A stretch of DNA of 64,000 bases from a virus: positions 14,443 to 78,442 of the IMG/VR virus record IMGVR_UViG_3300032311_001250, one strand, 5' to 3'. This document shows, piece by piece, positions 1 through 10,100 of this stretch. A program made the position numbers and the translations under genes. The notes under the pieces were generated by a model. The model was given only the letters and a program-made list of their open reading frames with translations, did not search any database and was not told the DNA's origin. How positions within the stretch are numbered: the first letter of the stretch is position 1; each line of letters opens with the position of its first letter.

Positions 1-41
1 GTGCGTTTACTGTCAATCCGAAGATTCCAGAAGTCACCAGG

Positions 42-3000
42 ATGCAAGGCGGAATGCTTCGTGCGCTTCTTACTAGCGAATCGCTGAGCGCAGCTGAAAA
101 GGCACGACAGATCTCCCTTCTCAGCGGAAGCATTCCCGGCATGCGAGGGGTTCCAACGAGTATCCCAGAGGGCCAGTGGCAGAAGCTTGGGAGCGGGTCA
201 TATCGCGGACCAAAAGACCTCAAGCCAGTGTACGAGTCGCTCAAGCCGCTTATTGAGCAGTATGGTGCCGCTCGAACTATGGGCTACGTTGAACTTGCCA
301 GGGGCTCTTCGCAAGGTTACGGGTATTGGGATCCAAAGAATAAAGGCCTGAATCTTTCTGGGCTTGAGGGACGAAGCTCTGGTGCAATCATGCGAACGTT
401 GGTGCACGAGCTTGCGCATGGATCATTTGGCGAGGCAATGAGGACCGGCTACAAGCAGCCTGGTCAGGTTCAGATTTATGGCCCCAAGGGTGAAAGCATG
501 GGCATGGCGCCGCATGGCGCTGCCTCTGCGCTTCTTGCCGGAGAGCCAACGAGAGTCGGCCACCTTGATCCAAAGTTCTACGAGATGCAGGCAAGGATTC
601 TTAAGTCCGAGGGCGGGCTTTTCTCATCGTTGCTGTTCCATAACTTTGCGCAGGGTGGGTCGCTCCCAGGTGGGCTTGGGTTGCAGGGCACAGGCCCAGA
701 ATATGGTATTGGAAAGCTCGCCGCTCAACTGACTCCACAGCTAGAAAAACTTGCCTCGCCTCAGCAGCTTCTAGCCGCTCAGGCATTTACAAAGACTATG
801 AACACCTTGGTAGGTGGTATTGAAGGATTTGCTAAGGGCAGGGGCAACCTCGAGCAGACCAGCAACGGCATCGCAAAGGCGTTCAGAACGCTTGGAGAAT
901 CGTCCTCTGAATTCAAGCCAGAGTTTTTGCTCGGCGGTGCCGCCCGGCTATCCAACTTCATCCGGCAAAATGGCCAAGAAGGCCTGGCAAAGATGGCCCC
1001 AGAGCAGTTGCGTGCAGGAATCGTCAACTCCATCCTGTCTACCACGACCGGCGCACTCGGTCCGGGTCGGTTGCTGGGGCCAATGTCGCAGGTCAGTGGT
1101 GTTCATGGGCAGATCTCAGAGTTCCTCAAAAATGCCAGCGAAATGGAGAAGGGCTACCTGGCCATGGCGATCAACCCGCAGGCCTTTGTTAAGGAGCCCG
1201 GGGCAAAGCCATTCTACCAGCGTGGAGATGTAGATCATCTACAGAAGGCTCAGGAAATCCTCTCAAACGTTGCGCAGGAGGCAGAACGCGCTGCAAGCGT
1301 CATCCCAGCAGCAACAAATGTTGCCGTTACGCGACGTGCCGGAATGCAGCTTCCTGTTATCAATCGAGGACGCATGCTTCCGGCAGAACACTCGGTTGTT
1401 GTTTCCGGGCAGCGCTATGGGGCCGGTGGTGGTCAGTTTGTAGAAACAACTAATAGCGCCGGAGAGACTGTTCGGCAATTTGTTCCTGCTCAGCGCCTCC
1501 CAGAGGTAACCCCTGTACAGGGACCTATGTCTGGCTCCGGAGCCCTTGTCGTCTACGACCCCCGCGTTGCTGCTCAATACGAGCAGAATAATCCACGCTT
1601 TGCCGGAAGGCCATATGGCGGTCGAGCAGAGACTCAACGCTTTACTCCGAATGCTGCTCTTCTCAACGAGGCATACATGCGCACGCTCAGCTACGGAGGA
1701 CAGGGCTTCTTCGGTCGTGTAGGGTACGAGCGCCTGACAATGCCGGCACAAGAAATTGCAAGCCGGTACGCCGGATTCCGTGGCGCTGTTGGTCAGGCCG
1801 CATACAACAGCCCCCTCAGCCCAATTGGCGGCATGATGAGCCAGTTCCGACAGGCAACAGGAACATATGCCGAGGCCGAAATGGGAAAGCAGCAGCTTCG
1901 CGCGGCGGCCCGCCAGCAATATCAAGGTCAAGTTGCCCAGGCTGATGCATTTGCCAATGCCCAGACTCGATTGAATCGTGTTCTCGGTACTGGCACCGTA
2001 AACTTCCGAGAGCTTGGCAAGGTAATGAGCGAGGTCGGAAACGGCTTTACTTCTGGAGCTCTTTCTTCGCTGAGGTTCGCTGCAAACCTTGCCATTGGAC
2101 AGCAGGCAGTGTTTGCGTTCGTCGGAATGATCAACCACCTCCGTGGCGGTATTATCGAGTTCAACGCAAAACTTGAGGCCGCTGCCGTAGGGTTTAACAC
2201 ACTCTTCCGAAACGCTGGATATACCGTCGAAGATGCGAGCGAGAAGACCAAGGCATTCATTGGCGTTCTTCGTGACTTTGCCAACGTAACAAACTTCCGA
2301 TTCGGCGACCTTGAGACCGCAGCCCTCCGCATGAAGGCATTCGGTTTCGAGGTGGATAACGTTACCGCTGCCGCAAAGAACCAGATGCCAATCCTTGAGG
2401 AAATTCCTAATCCGTGGGCAAAACTGACCGGAGAGGCTAAGAGCTTCCGTGGCGCCCTCGTCAACATCGGCGATGCAGTTGCGGCACTCGGCGCAGAAGA
2501 CGATAAACTCCGCCGTGTCACGTACGCCCTTGGCCAGATGAACTCAGCTGGTCGTGTCTATCAAAACGACATGATGCAGCTGGCAAACGCTGGTATTGCC
2601 GGATATGACATTCTTGCTAAGGCAGTTAAGAAGCAACTCGAGAATGACCCAGAGCTCATGCGCGCAAATAAGGCCATCTATAACAAGTTGCTAAACCCAA
2701 GAACTGCCGTAGAGGAGATCCGCAAACTTGCCCGCGTTGGACGACTCGTTGGACCAGAGGCCGTGCAGGCCATTCTCCAGGGCCTTGGGCAGCAGTACGG
2801 CGGCGGCATGAAGGCGTTCTCCCGTACCTTCCAAGGAGCCATGACAACTCTTGCGGATACGTCGCAATCCCTTATTGCTACCGCGTTCAAGCCACTCTTC
2901 GATGTCACCCGAGATCTTGTCGTTCAGCTTGCCGACGCCTTCCAAACATCTGAGTGGACGGGCAAGGCGGATAATGCCGCCAAGGTCATTCAGAAGGTTG

Positions 3001-6000
3001 CGGAAGCGCTCAGGTCAATGATCCCTGGAACGGCAGACACGATTATGAAGGTCCTTGGTAGCTTCTTTGAAACCTTTGCAAAACTTGGAAGCTCCCTTGG
3101 CAGTACCACAAATGGCTTGGGTAGCTTTGTTAATAACTTTGCTGCAGGAGTAAAGACCATTGGAGATCTTCTTCAAAACAGCGTGATCCGCAACCTTTTG
3201 GTGGCCGGCGTTACCGCAAAACTCGTTATGGGAACAATTGCTTCCAACCCTCTCCTGGCAACCATTGGACTCATTGTGTCTTCCATTGGGGCAATCAGTA
3301 AGGCTATTGAGACAAACGCCTTTGGCTTTGGCGACCTTGCGGCAAAGGTGCAACCTGAATTTGACAAGATCCTTGCAAATATCAGCGGAAACTTCATCCC
3401 GGGAGTAACGAGCGGCCTCTCCGACGGCCTGGGCGCGTTCTTTGCCATCATGGGGGCCTTCATCCGCGCAGTCACTCCGCTATTGGTCGCAATCCTGGAC
3501 ATCATTAGTAACGTTGGGTCTGCTATCAAGCCATTTGCCAGCGTTCTTGGCGTTGCGCTTGCGGCATTTGTTGGCAAGAAAGTCCTGATCGACGGCATGG
3601 CTGCCGCCATGGGTAAGTTTGCCGCCGCAACTGGCGCTGCCGTCGGCAGGGTCACATCGCTTAAGGAAAAGATGGCGCTGTATCAGGCGTTTGGAACCAC
3701 CGGAAGGTACTACGGTGGCGACAAGCTAATGGCGATGCAAACTATGCAGCTGGCCAATGGTCAAAGTCGAGCAGTTCTTGCCCCTGCCGAGCAGGGTGGA
3801 ATTGGTATCGGCGGACCGACTGCCGTTCGCGCAGCCCTTGCCCTGGCGAATCAATTTGCCCTCCTGCAGACCGGAGCCCCACTCCAGACTGCCGGAGTCG
3901 TTCCGCCGCAAACGGTCCTTGACAAAAAGACCGGCCGCCAGGTCGCCAACCCAATGTATCAACAGTTCCTTAATACCGCCGCATTTAATCCGCAGACAAC
4001 TCTGGCCCAGTATCAAGCAATTCGCGGCGCACGAAAAGAAGAAATTATGCAGGAGTTGGCAATTCGAAGGAACAAGTCGCTGACCCCAGAACAGCGCCAG
4101 GCTGCTCTAGCAAATGTGTCAACTGCCGGACGCCAGGCATATCGACAATTCCGTGCAGATACCGGAGGAGCTGGTTCTTCAAGCATGAAGGCCCTTGAGG
4201 CGTCATTTGCCTCAATGAGCCAGGGGATGATTGCCCAGCTCGGTCAGTTTATGGCCAAGATTCGATCCACTGGCCTCAGCTTGGAAACACTAAAGACTAT
4301 TGCCAAGGCGGTTGGATCCCGACTTGCTGGCATGGCAACTGCTGCCATGGGCATGGGCATGCTCTTTAGCGCTATCGGCGGAGCTTTGAATGTTAAGGAG
4401 CTTCAAGCAGTTGGAGATACGCTCACAACGATTGGGTTTGCAACAACAGGTTTGACCATGATGTTTAACGCCTTGACTGTAGCTGTTGGCGCTGCCGCGC
4501 TGCCGCTTATGGCGCTTATGCTTGCAATTGGCGGCCTTATCGCGTTCATCAGTGCCAGCACAACTACCGAGCAGGATAAGAAAGGCGCAAAGCAAGTAAG
4601 CGAGATTATGGATCTCCGTGATCAGATGGTTGCAATGTACGGAGAGGAAGAGGCAAAGCGCAGGTTCCCGGACTACTTCCCAGAAAATCTTACGTTGCCG
4701 GAGAAAAAGTTGCGCATGGCCCTTCCCGGTGAAACCCCAGACTCTTATGATTGGATTAACAATATCGCATTGAAACTTGATTATGACCCAAAGGATCTTG
4801 CCGCTGTCCGAAGTCAGTTCGGATTTACCGATGAGGATTTTGCAAAGACAAAAGCCTATTTTGAGATGATGAATACCGATACCGGTCGAATTCTCTCCTT
4901 GTTCCAGGAAGGAAAAACGGCCGAGCAGATTGCTGAGATTACCGGTCTACCAATTGATCGAATCAAGTTGCAGCTAAAGGAATTCTACGAGACAACTGGT
5001 TCTGACAATAAGGACTTTATTGCCAAGGTGCTTAGCGATAGCCTTGATGCAACCGGCGCTGCCCTGAAAGAAGCGCAGGAGGCTTACGAAAAGGCAATGG
5101 AGCCGTTCCAGAAGAACCTTAGCCGCCTGACTTCTCGAACCCAGGAAGTCATGCAGGCGCTCTTTGAGAGCGAGAAGAAGGCCCTGGAAGATGAGAAGAA
5201 GGCTGCGCTAGAAAATACGTTGGTAATGTACAACGGCGAGCAGGTCCGACTTGGCGTGCTGCAGCAGCAATATGATGCCATGAAGCTTCAGCGCGAAGAA
5301 ATGGACCGCATGGCCGAACTTGAGAAACAGCGCACAGCTGCCGCAGAGGCCGCGCTCAATATCTTTGACGCCAGTGTTGATCCGCTTGAGCGAGCTCGAG
5401 CGGCTCGAGAGTCCGCTCGAGATCTTTTCAATCAAGTTGGAACGTCAAGGCTTGACGAGATGCAGCGGGCGATTACCGCCGGCCAGGGGAATGTCGCCTA
5501 TACAGAAACCGAGGCATTCTACAACGAGAAGATGGATGCCCTACAAAAGGATCAGGCCGAGCGAATGCGCACGGTCCAGGAGCAAATCGACGACTTGATG
5601 CAGAAGATCAAGGAAGGCAAGATTGGGACCGCCGCCGCACAGCAGCAGTTCAAGGATATCTTTGCGCAAGCCGGTCTTGACCTCGACGTTGCCCAGACAC
5701 AAGGGTACTCGTTTATGTCAGCCTTTGGCGATGGCTTCATGGATGCGATGAACACAAATATTAAGGGCGTATTCTCCAAGCTGCCTGGACTTATCATGAA
5801 GGCGTTGGAAATGGTCAAGCAGGACAAGCTGTATCAGCAGGCCCTTGACGCCTATAACGCCATCGTCACGATGGGTGACAAGATTACTGGCAAGGAATAC
5901 AAGTCTAAGTATCTGCAGCCGCGCCTTGCTGGTTTGAACACTCTCTACAAAGATGCCGTTAAGTACCTTACCAGTGGCGAGGGCGTAAAGGCTGCCGGTG

Positions 6001-7118
6001 GCCTTGATAAGGCGCAAGCCATGATGGCCACACTGCTCAAGAAGAAGATCGAACTGGAAAACATGATCTCGGCAACTAGCGATACGGCTGTTATTGACAA
6101 GTCACTTGCATTGGCTGGAGACTCCTCATATCGCAGTGACATTATGGGTATCCAGTTGCCCGGCATGGGAAATCGCTCGCTTGTCGACTACCTCAGGCTT
6201 TACATGGGCTACGCTTCTCGTGACCGCGATAATTACATGAACAATCCGTATCTTGCCGGTGGCGCGGCTGGCGGTACAATCACGACTGCCGGTCAGTTCA
6301 TGGTGGGCGAGCGCGGGCCGGAGATGATTGAAGTTGGGCCAAACGGCATTCGCGTCGTCCCAAACCACAAGCTTCCGTCCTGGCTGCGCTCGTCTGCCGG
6401 GGCTCTTGGCGCTGTCAATATGGGTCTGGGTGGCTATGCCTTTGGCACTGGTTCGGGCGACTCCGGAATGCGTGGACTGAAGTTTGACCCTAAACACATT
6501 AACCCGGAACACATTAGAAAATATGGCAACGTGTCAATGGCCGGAACCTGGCAGTCTGCCCTTGGCATGCTATTGATGCGTGCCGGGGCACCTATTGCCG
6601 CCCTTGCGTCAAGGGCCGGTAACGGACTTACTCGTGGAATGGAGTGGATGATTGGACCAGGACCACTTGGCAAGATGGCCGATAAGATTGTATCACTTGG
6701 CAGTAGCATCAATAATATTGATCCAGAAAATCTTGGACCAAAAATGAAGTTAATTAGCACGCTCATGAAACCGCAAATGGACATGATGGCATTTGCGCAA
6801 GACGTTGGGTATACCAAGTATATGTCTACTGATTTCTTGAAAACTATGGCAGCTGCTGGTGGCACAATCGGCCTCACCGGGTTAGAAGCACAAGGCTTGA
6901 TGGGTGCCCCTGGGTTCCTCATGAATCTTCTCAATGGTGGCCCACGATCAGTAACGCCACCAAACGTGCATGCACACCCATCTCGATCACCAATTAGTGG
7001 TACAGTGAACATTCACAACCCGCAACTCAACTCTGCGGCCGACATTGACCGACTCGCCGAGCGCGTTGCGGAGGCTCAAGTGCGAGCACTTCGAAACTCC
7101 GGCTATGTAAAGAGGTAA
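42..7118 (+). CDS. Tail tape measure protein (5'-truncated; frame is open from base 3)
   Basis: >2358 aa, Ala/Gly-rich and helical; tape-measure domain (EFNAKLEAAAVGFNTL...FANVTNFRFGDLETAALRMKAFGF); C-terminal GG...VGERGPE motif; HELAH motif near N-terminus; followed by tail genes. Confidence 0.93.
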   Translation: MQGGMLRALLTSESLSAAEKARQISLLSGSIPGMRGVPTSIPEGQWQKLGSGSYRGPKDLKPVYESLKPLIEQYGAARTMGYVELARGSSQGYGYWDPKNKGLNLSGLEGRSSGAIMRTLVHELAHGSFGEAMRTGYKQPGQVQIYGPKGESMGMAPHGAASALLAGEPTRVGHLDPKFYEMQARILKSEGGLFSSLLFHNFAQGGSLPGGLGLQGTGPEYGIGKLAAQLTPQLEKLASPQQLLAAQAFTKTMNTLVGGIEGFAKGRGNLEQTSNGIAKAFRTLGESSSEFKPEFLLGGAARLSNFIRQNGQEGLAKMAPEQLRAGIVNSILSTTTGALGPGRLLGPMSQVSGVHGQISEFLKNASEMEKGYLAMAINPQAFVKEPGAKPFYQRGDVDHLQKAQEILSNVAQEAERAASVIPAATNVAVTRRAGMQLPVINRGRMLPAEHSVVVSGQRYGAGGGQFVETTNSAGETVRQFVPAQRLPEVTPVQGPMSGSGALVVYDPRVAAQYEQNNPRFAGRPYGGRAETQRFTPNAALLNEAYMRTLSYGGQGFFGRVGYERLTMPAQEIASRYAGFRGAVGQAAYNSPLSPIGGMMSQFRQATGTYAEAEMGKQQLRAAARQQYQGQVAQADAFANAQTRLNRVLGTGTVNFRELGKVMSEVGNGFTSGALSSLRFAANLAIGQQAVFAFVGMINHLRGGIIEFNAKLEAAAVGFNTLFRNAGYTVEDASEKTKAFIGVLRDFANVTNFRFGDLETAALRMKAFGFEVDNVTAAAKNQMPILEEIPNPWAKLTGEAKSFRGALVNIGDAVAALGAEDDKLRRVTYALGQMNSAGRVYQNDMMQLANAGIAGYDILAKAVKKQLENDPELMRANKAIYNKLLNPRTAVEEIRKLARVGRLVGPEAVQAILQGLGQQYGGGMKAFSRTFQGAMTTLADTSQSLIATAFKPLFDVTRDLVVQLADAFQTSEWTGKADNAAKVIQKVAEALRSMIPGTADTIMKVLGSFFETFAKLGSSLGSTTNGLGSFVNNFAAGVKTIGDLLQNSVIRNLLVAGVTAKLVMGTIASNPLLATIGLIVSSIGAISKAIETNAFGFGDLAAKVQPEFDKILANISGNFIPGVTSGLSDGLGAFFAIMGAFIRAVTPLLVAILDIISNVGSAIKPFASVLGVALAAFVGKKVLIDGMAAAMGKFAAATGAAVGRVTSLKEKMALYQAFGTTGRYYGGDKLMAMQTMQLANGQSRAVLAPAEQGGIGIGGPTAVRAALALANQFALLQTGAPLQTAGVVPPQTVLDKKTGRQVANPMYQQFLNTAAFNPQTTLAQYQAIRGARKEEIMQELAIRRNKSLTPEQRQAALANVSTAGRQAYRQFRADTGGAGSSSMKALEASFASMSQGMIAQLGQFMAKIRSTGLSLETLKTIAKAVGSRLAGMATAAMGMGMLFSAIGGALNVKELQAVGDTLTTIGFATTGLTMMFNALTVAVGAAALPLMALMLAIGGLIAFISASTTTEQDKKGAKQVSEIMDLRDQMVAMYGEEEAKRRFPDYFPENLTLPEKKLRMALPGETPDSYDWINNIALKLDYDPKDLAAVRSQFGFTDEDFAKTKAYFEMMNTDTGRILSLFQEGKTAEQIAEITGLPIDRIKLQLKEFYETTGSDNKDFIAKVLSDSLDATGAALKEAQEAYEKAMEPFQKNLSRLTSRTQEVMQALFESEKKALEDEKKAALENTLVMYNGEQVRLGVLQQQYDAMKLQREEMDRMAELEKQRTAAAEAALNIFDASVDPLERARAARESARDLFNQVGTSRLDEMQRAITAGQGNVAYTETEAFYNEKMDALQKDQAERMRTVQEQIDDLMQKIKEGKIGTAAAQQQFKDIFAQAGLDLDVAQTQGYSFMSAFGDGFMDAMNTNIKGVFSKLPGLIMKALEMVKQDKLYQQALDAYNAIVTMGDKITGKEYKSKYLQPRLAGLNTLYKDAVKYLTSGEGVKAAGGLDKAQAMMATLLKKKIELENMISATSDTAVIDKSLALAGDSSYRSDIMGIQLPGMGNRSLVDYLRLYMGYASRDRDNYMNNPYLAGGAAGGTITTAGQFMVGERGPEMIEVGPNGIRVVPNHKLPSWLRSSAGALGAVNMGLGGYAFGTGSGDSGMRGLKFDPKHINPEHIRKYGNVSMAGTWQSALGMLLMRAGAPIAALASRAGNGLTRGMEWMIGPGPLGKMADKIVSLGSSINNIDPENLGPKMKLISTLMKPQMDMMAFAQDVGYTKYMSTDFLKTMAAAGGTIGLTGLEAQGLMGAPGFLMNLLNGGPRSVTPPNVHAHPSRSPISGTVNIHNPQLNSAADIDRLAERVAEAQVRALRNSGYVKR

Positions 7119-7121
7119 CTA

Positions 7122-10100
7122 ATGGCCAGCTATACTGGAACAATCACTGTCAAGATTCAACCAAAGCTGCTCGACTATACCTCGCTGTCCGATTTCGTTG
7201 ATATCACTAACCGCGTGATCTTTTCCGAGGGAGGAGATTCGTCGTTTACGTTCACGCAGAGCTCTGAGGGGTCACAGGCAGGTGCTTCGTTCTCCCTGTT
7301 CACCATGTTCCCCATCTCAACAACGAAGTGGTCATCGTATACCGGAGCAACAGACTTGATCAAGGCGCAAGCTGCGCTTAATGACCCTACCTTTGACTTC
7401 GAAGTGCCGGCTAGGTCTGAGGTGCAAATCTACGAGAACGGCAGCCTGATCTTCGGCGGCATCGTGACCGAAGTGTCTCGGGAGCGAACGGGTGGATCCA
7501 TCACCACGCGCATTACCTGCCAAGACTATACTGCGCTCCTTGACGAGGTGGTAATTGACCGGTACAAGGCCCCCTACGACGTAAAGGACTACCAGATCAT
7601 CAAGGGCGGCTACGCCACCGACCCCGAAAAGAACGGCCTGTCGGTCATCAAGCTCGTTGATGGTGGCTCCGGCAGCACCCGAGAAATCACCGTTTCCCTG
7701 GAAGATGCGCACGACATGATTGTTGGGCAGCAGTTCACCATTGACCGATCTAGCTCATACAACGGGACATGGACTGTTTCTTCAATTCTTTCTGAGGTGT
7801 CAATTAAGGCAACAAAGTCTGGAACCGCTCCATATACCGCAGGCGATGAGACATCCGCCCGGCTAACGCCATATACGGCATCGATTTTTTCAGACATCCG
7901 AACGACCGATGCCTACAGCGGCCTATCGTTTAGCCTTGGAATCAATGCAACTAGTAGCTATGTCGAAGAGAATCTTAACGATACGCGCTTTAGCCCCATT
8001 TCGTATTTGCCGGACTCATCGTACCCAGATAAACTCGGGGCAAAGTTGTATCTGCCATTTTCCGATTACAAAGTTAGCAACTATCGATTCTCTGCCGACC
8101 CCAAGGCGGCTGATCTTACCAATGAGCTGCGTCTCTTTGGTTTGCAAAGCACTATTAATGAGCGAAACCTTGTCACCTCTATCAGTTCCTATAACACGAC
8201 GAGCAATTATGTTGACGTCACAACTCTTGGTTCACACAACATTATCAGCGGCGAATACGTCAGCGTTGTCAACCCGCTTCTTGATTCTGGAAAGACTTCT
8301 TTTTCATCGAGCTTCCAGGCAGATCGACAAAGTTCATCGGTGGTTCGCATGGCATCACCTACTGATCCGGCGATTGACGTAAAGAAATACGCAATCACTG
8401 CGGCAAGTGGGGACGGAACATATATTACCTATACCTGCACAAATACATTTCTTCCTGGAGATGTGGTGGGAATCAGCGGGATTACGGAAACTAGCACCGC
8501 CGGATACGGCTCGCTTAACATTGTTTCCACCGTAGTGGAAGAAGCCACATCAACAACGTTCAAGATTAAAAACCCAGGAAATCAGACTGCCACCAGCTTT
8601 ACAGGGGCCTATGCCTACACGACCTATATCCAACTGGCCAAGGATCGAGTGCAAAACCTTTATTCCGACTCTAAGGTGTATCAAATCCTTGCGGCAAACC
8701 GAGAAGGAAACGTTTCGCAAATTTGGTACAATTCAACCACACCGCAGTATGCAGTAAATGAGTGCGTATTCATTGAGGGGCTTCCTGATTTTGACGCTCG
8801 CGTTATTGTTTCTGAGACGTCCGGTACCACCCCCGATGCTTTCACCGGAAGTCCATGGAGGATTTACAAATACGGTAGGTATAACAACGTCGGAGTAGTC
8901 GGCGTCGCTAAGAACAAAAGCCCCTATGTTCCTGGATACAAGAATGGAAATTACCTTTCCTCCGGGCACCCGTTTATTGTTGGGGCATCAATCGTTATCT
9001 CCGGACTAACCGGATCAGCTGCAACTGTCAACGGAACATTTACTATTACGAGGGTAAAAGGAAATTTGGTGTTCTTTAACAGTTCTGGAGGCAACACGGG
9101 GTCTTCCACAACCTATGTTAAAGATGTTTCCAGCAAGTCAGCCAGGCTTGCCAGCTCTATCGTTTACAGCACCGGTGGTGTTTCTTGGATTAAATTTACC
9201 GATAGCCGGGCTGACGCAGAAAAAACACCAGAATCTATGCCTAAAACAGCGGCAATCCGTCAGTTTAATTTTGCCTGGCCAGCGATCTCTGGTGGTCGCT
9301 CGGCCGGAACCCCTAGCGCTTCCTTTATCACGGCCCCAGAAGATACGCTTTCGTACATTGGCGGCAGGCAAGCTGTAAAGTTCACCTCATCGTCATACAG
9401 CGGCATTTCTTCAAGGATTAAGTCAGAAATTTCTTTTGTGGAAATTGCATCTAATGTGGTCACTATTACCACAAAAGCTGCTCATCGCTTCAGGGTTGGT
9501 CAGTTTGTTGTAGTGCAGGCGGCGACAAAAACTACCGTTCAGGGCGGCTATATCATTACCGATGTCCCAACCCCAACAACGTTTACATATAGCCTTACTA
9601 CTTCAAACTATTCAAAAACGGCGGATAGTGGTCCAACGTTTGTCATGGATACCGGTTTTGCCGCTCTATCAAAATCGTTCAGCGCAATCATTATGGTGCA
9701 GCCTAGCTCATTCCCGTCTTCTGGTAACTACAAGACCATTTGGCATCATGGCTCAATTGCGACGAGTCAGCGACGAGAGCTTATGATTGACTCTACCGGC
9801 CAGATTGTGTTTAGTACCGTTCATGGAACTTACTACAATACCGGCCTTACGCTTACCGCCGACGTTCCGGCATTGATCTACGTGTCCCTTGATTCCTCAA
9901 CCGGAACCACTAACTTGGTCATTTCCAAGAATGACGAAACCGTGTACACGGCAAGTGCAACAAACTATGGAGGAACAACAAACGTAGATGGTGAGCCAAG
10001 GGCAAATCTCACTGTTGGCTACGGCTGGACAGATTCCAGCGCTGCCACCAGGTTCTATGACGGCTTGATCGGCGACATGATTGTCATTGACCGTGTTCTT

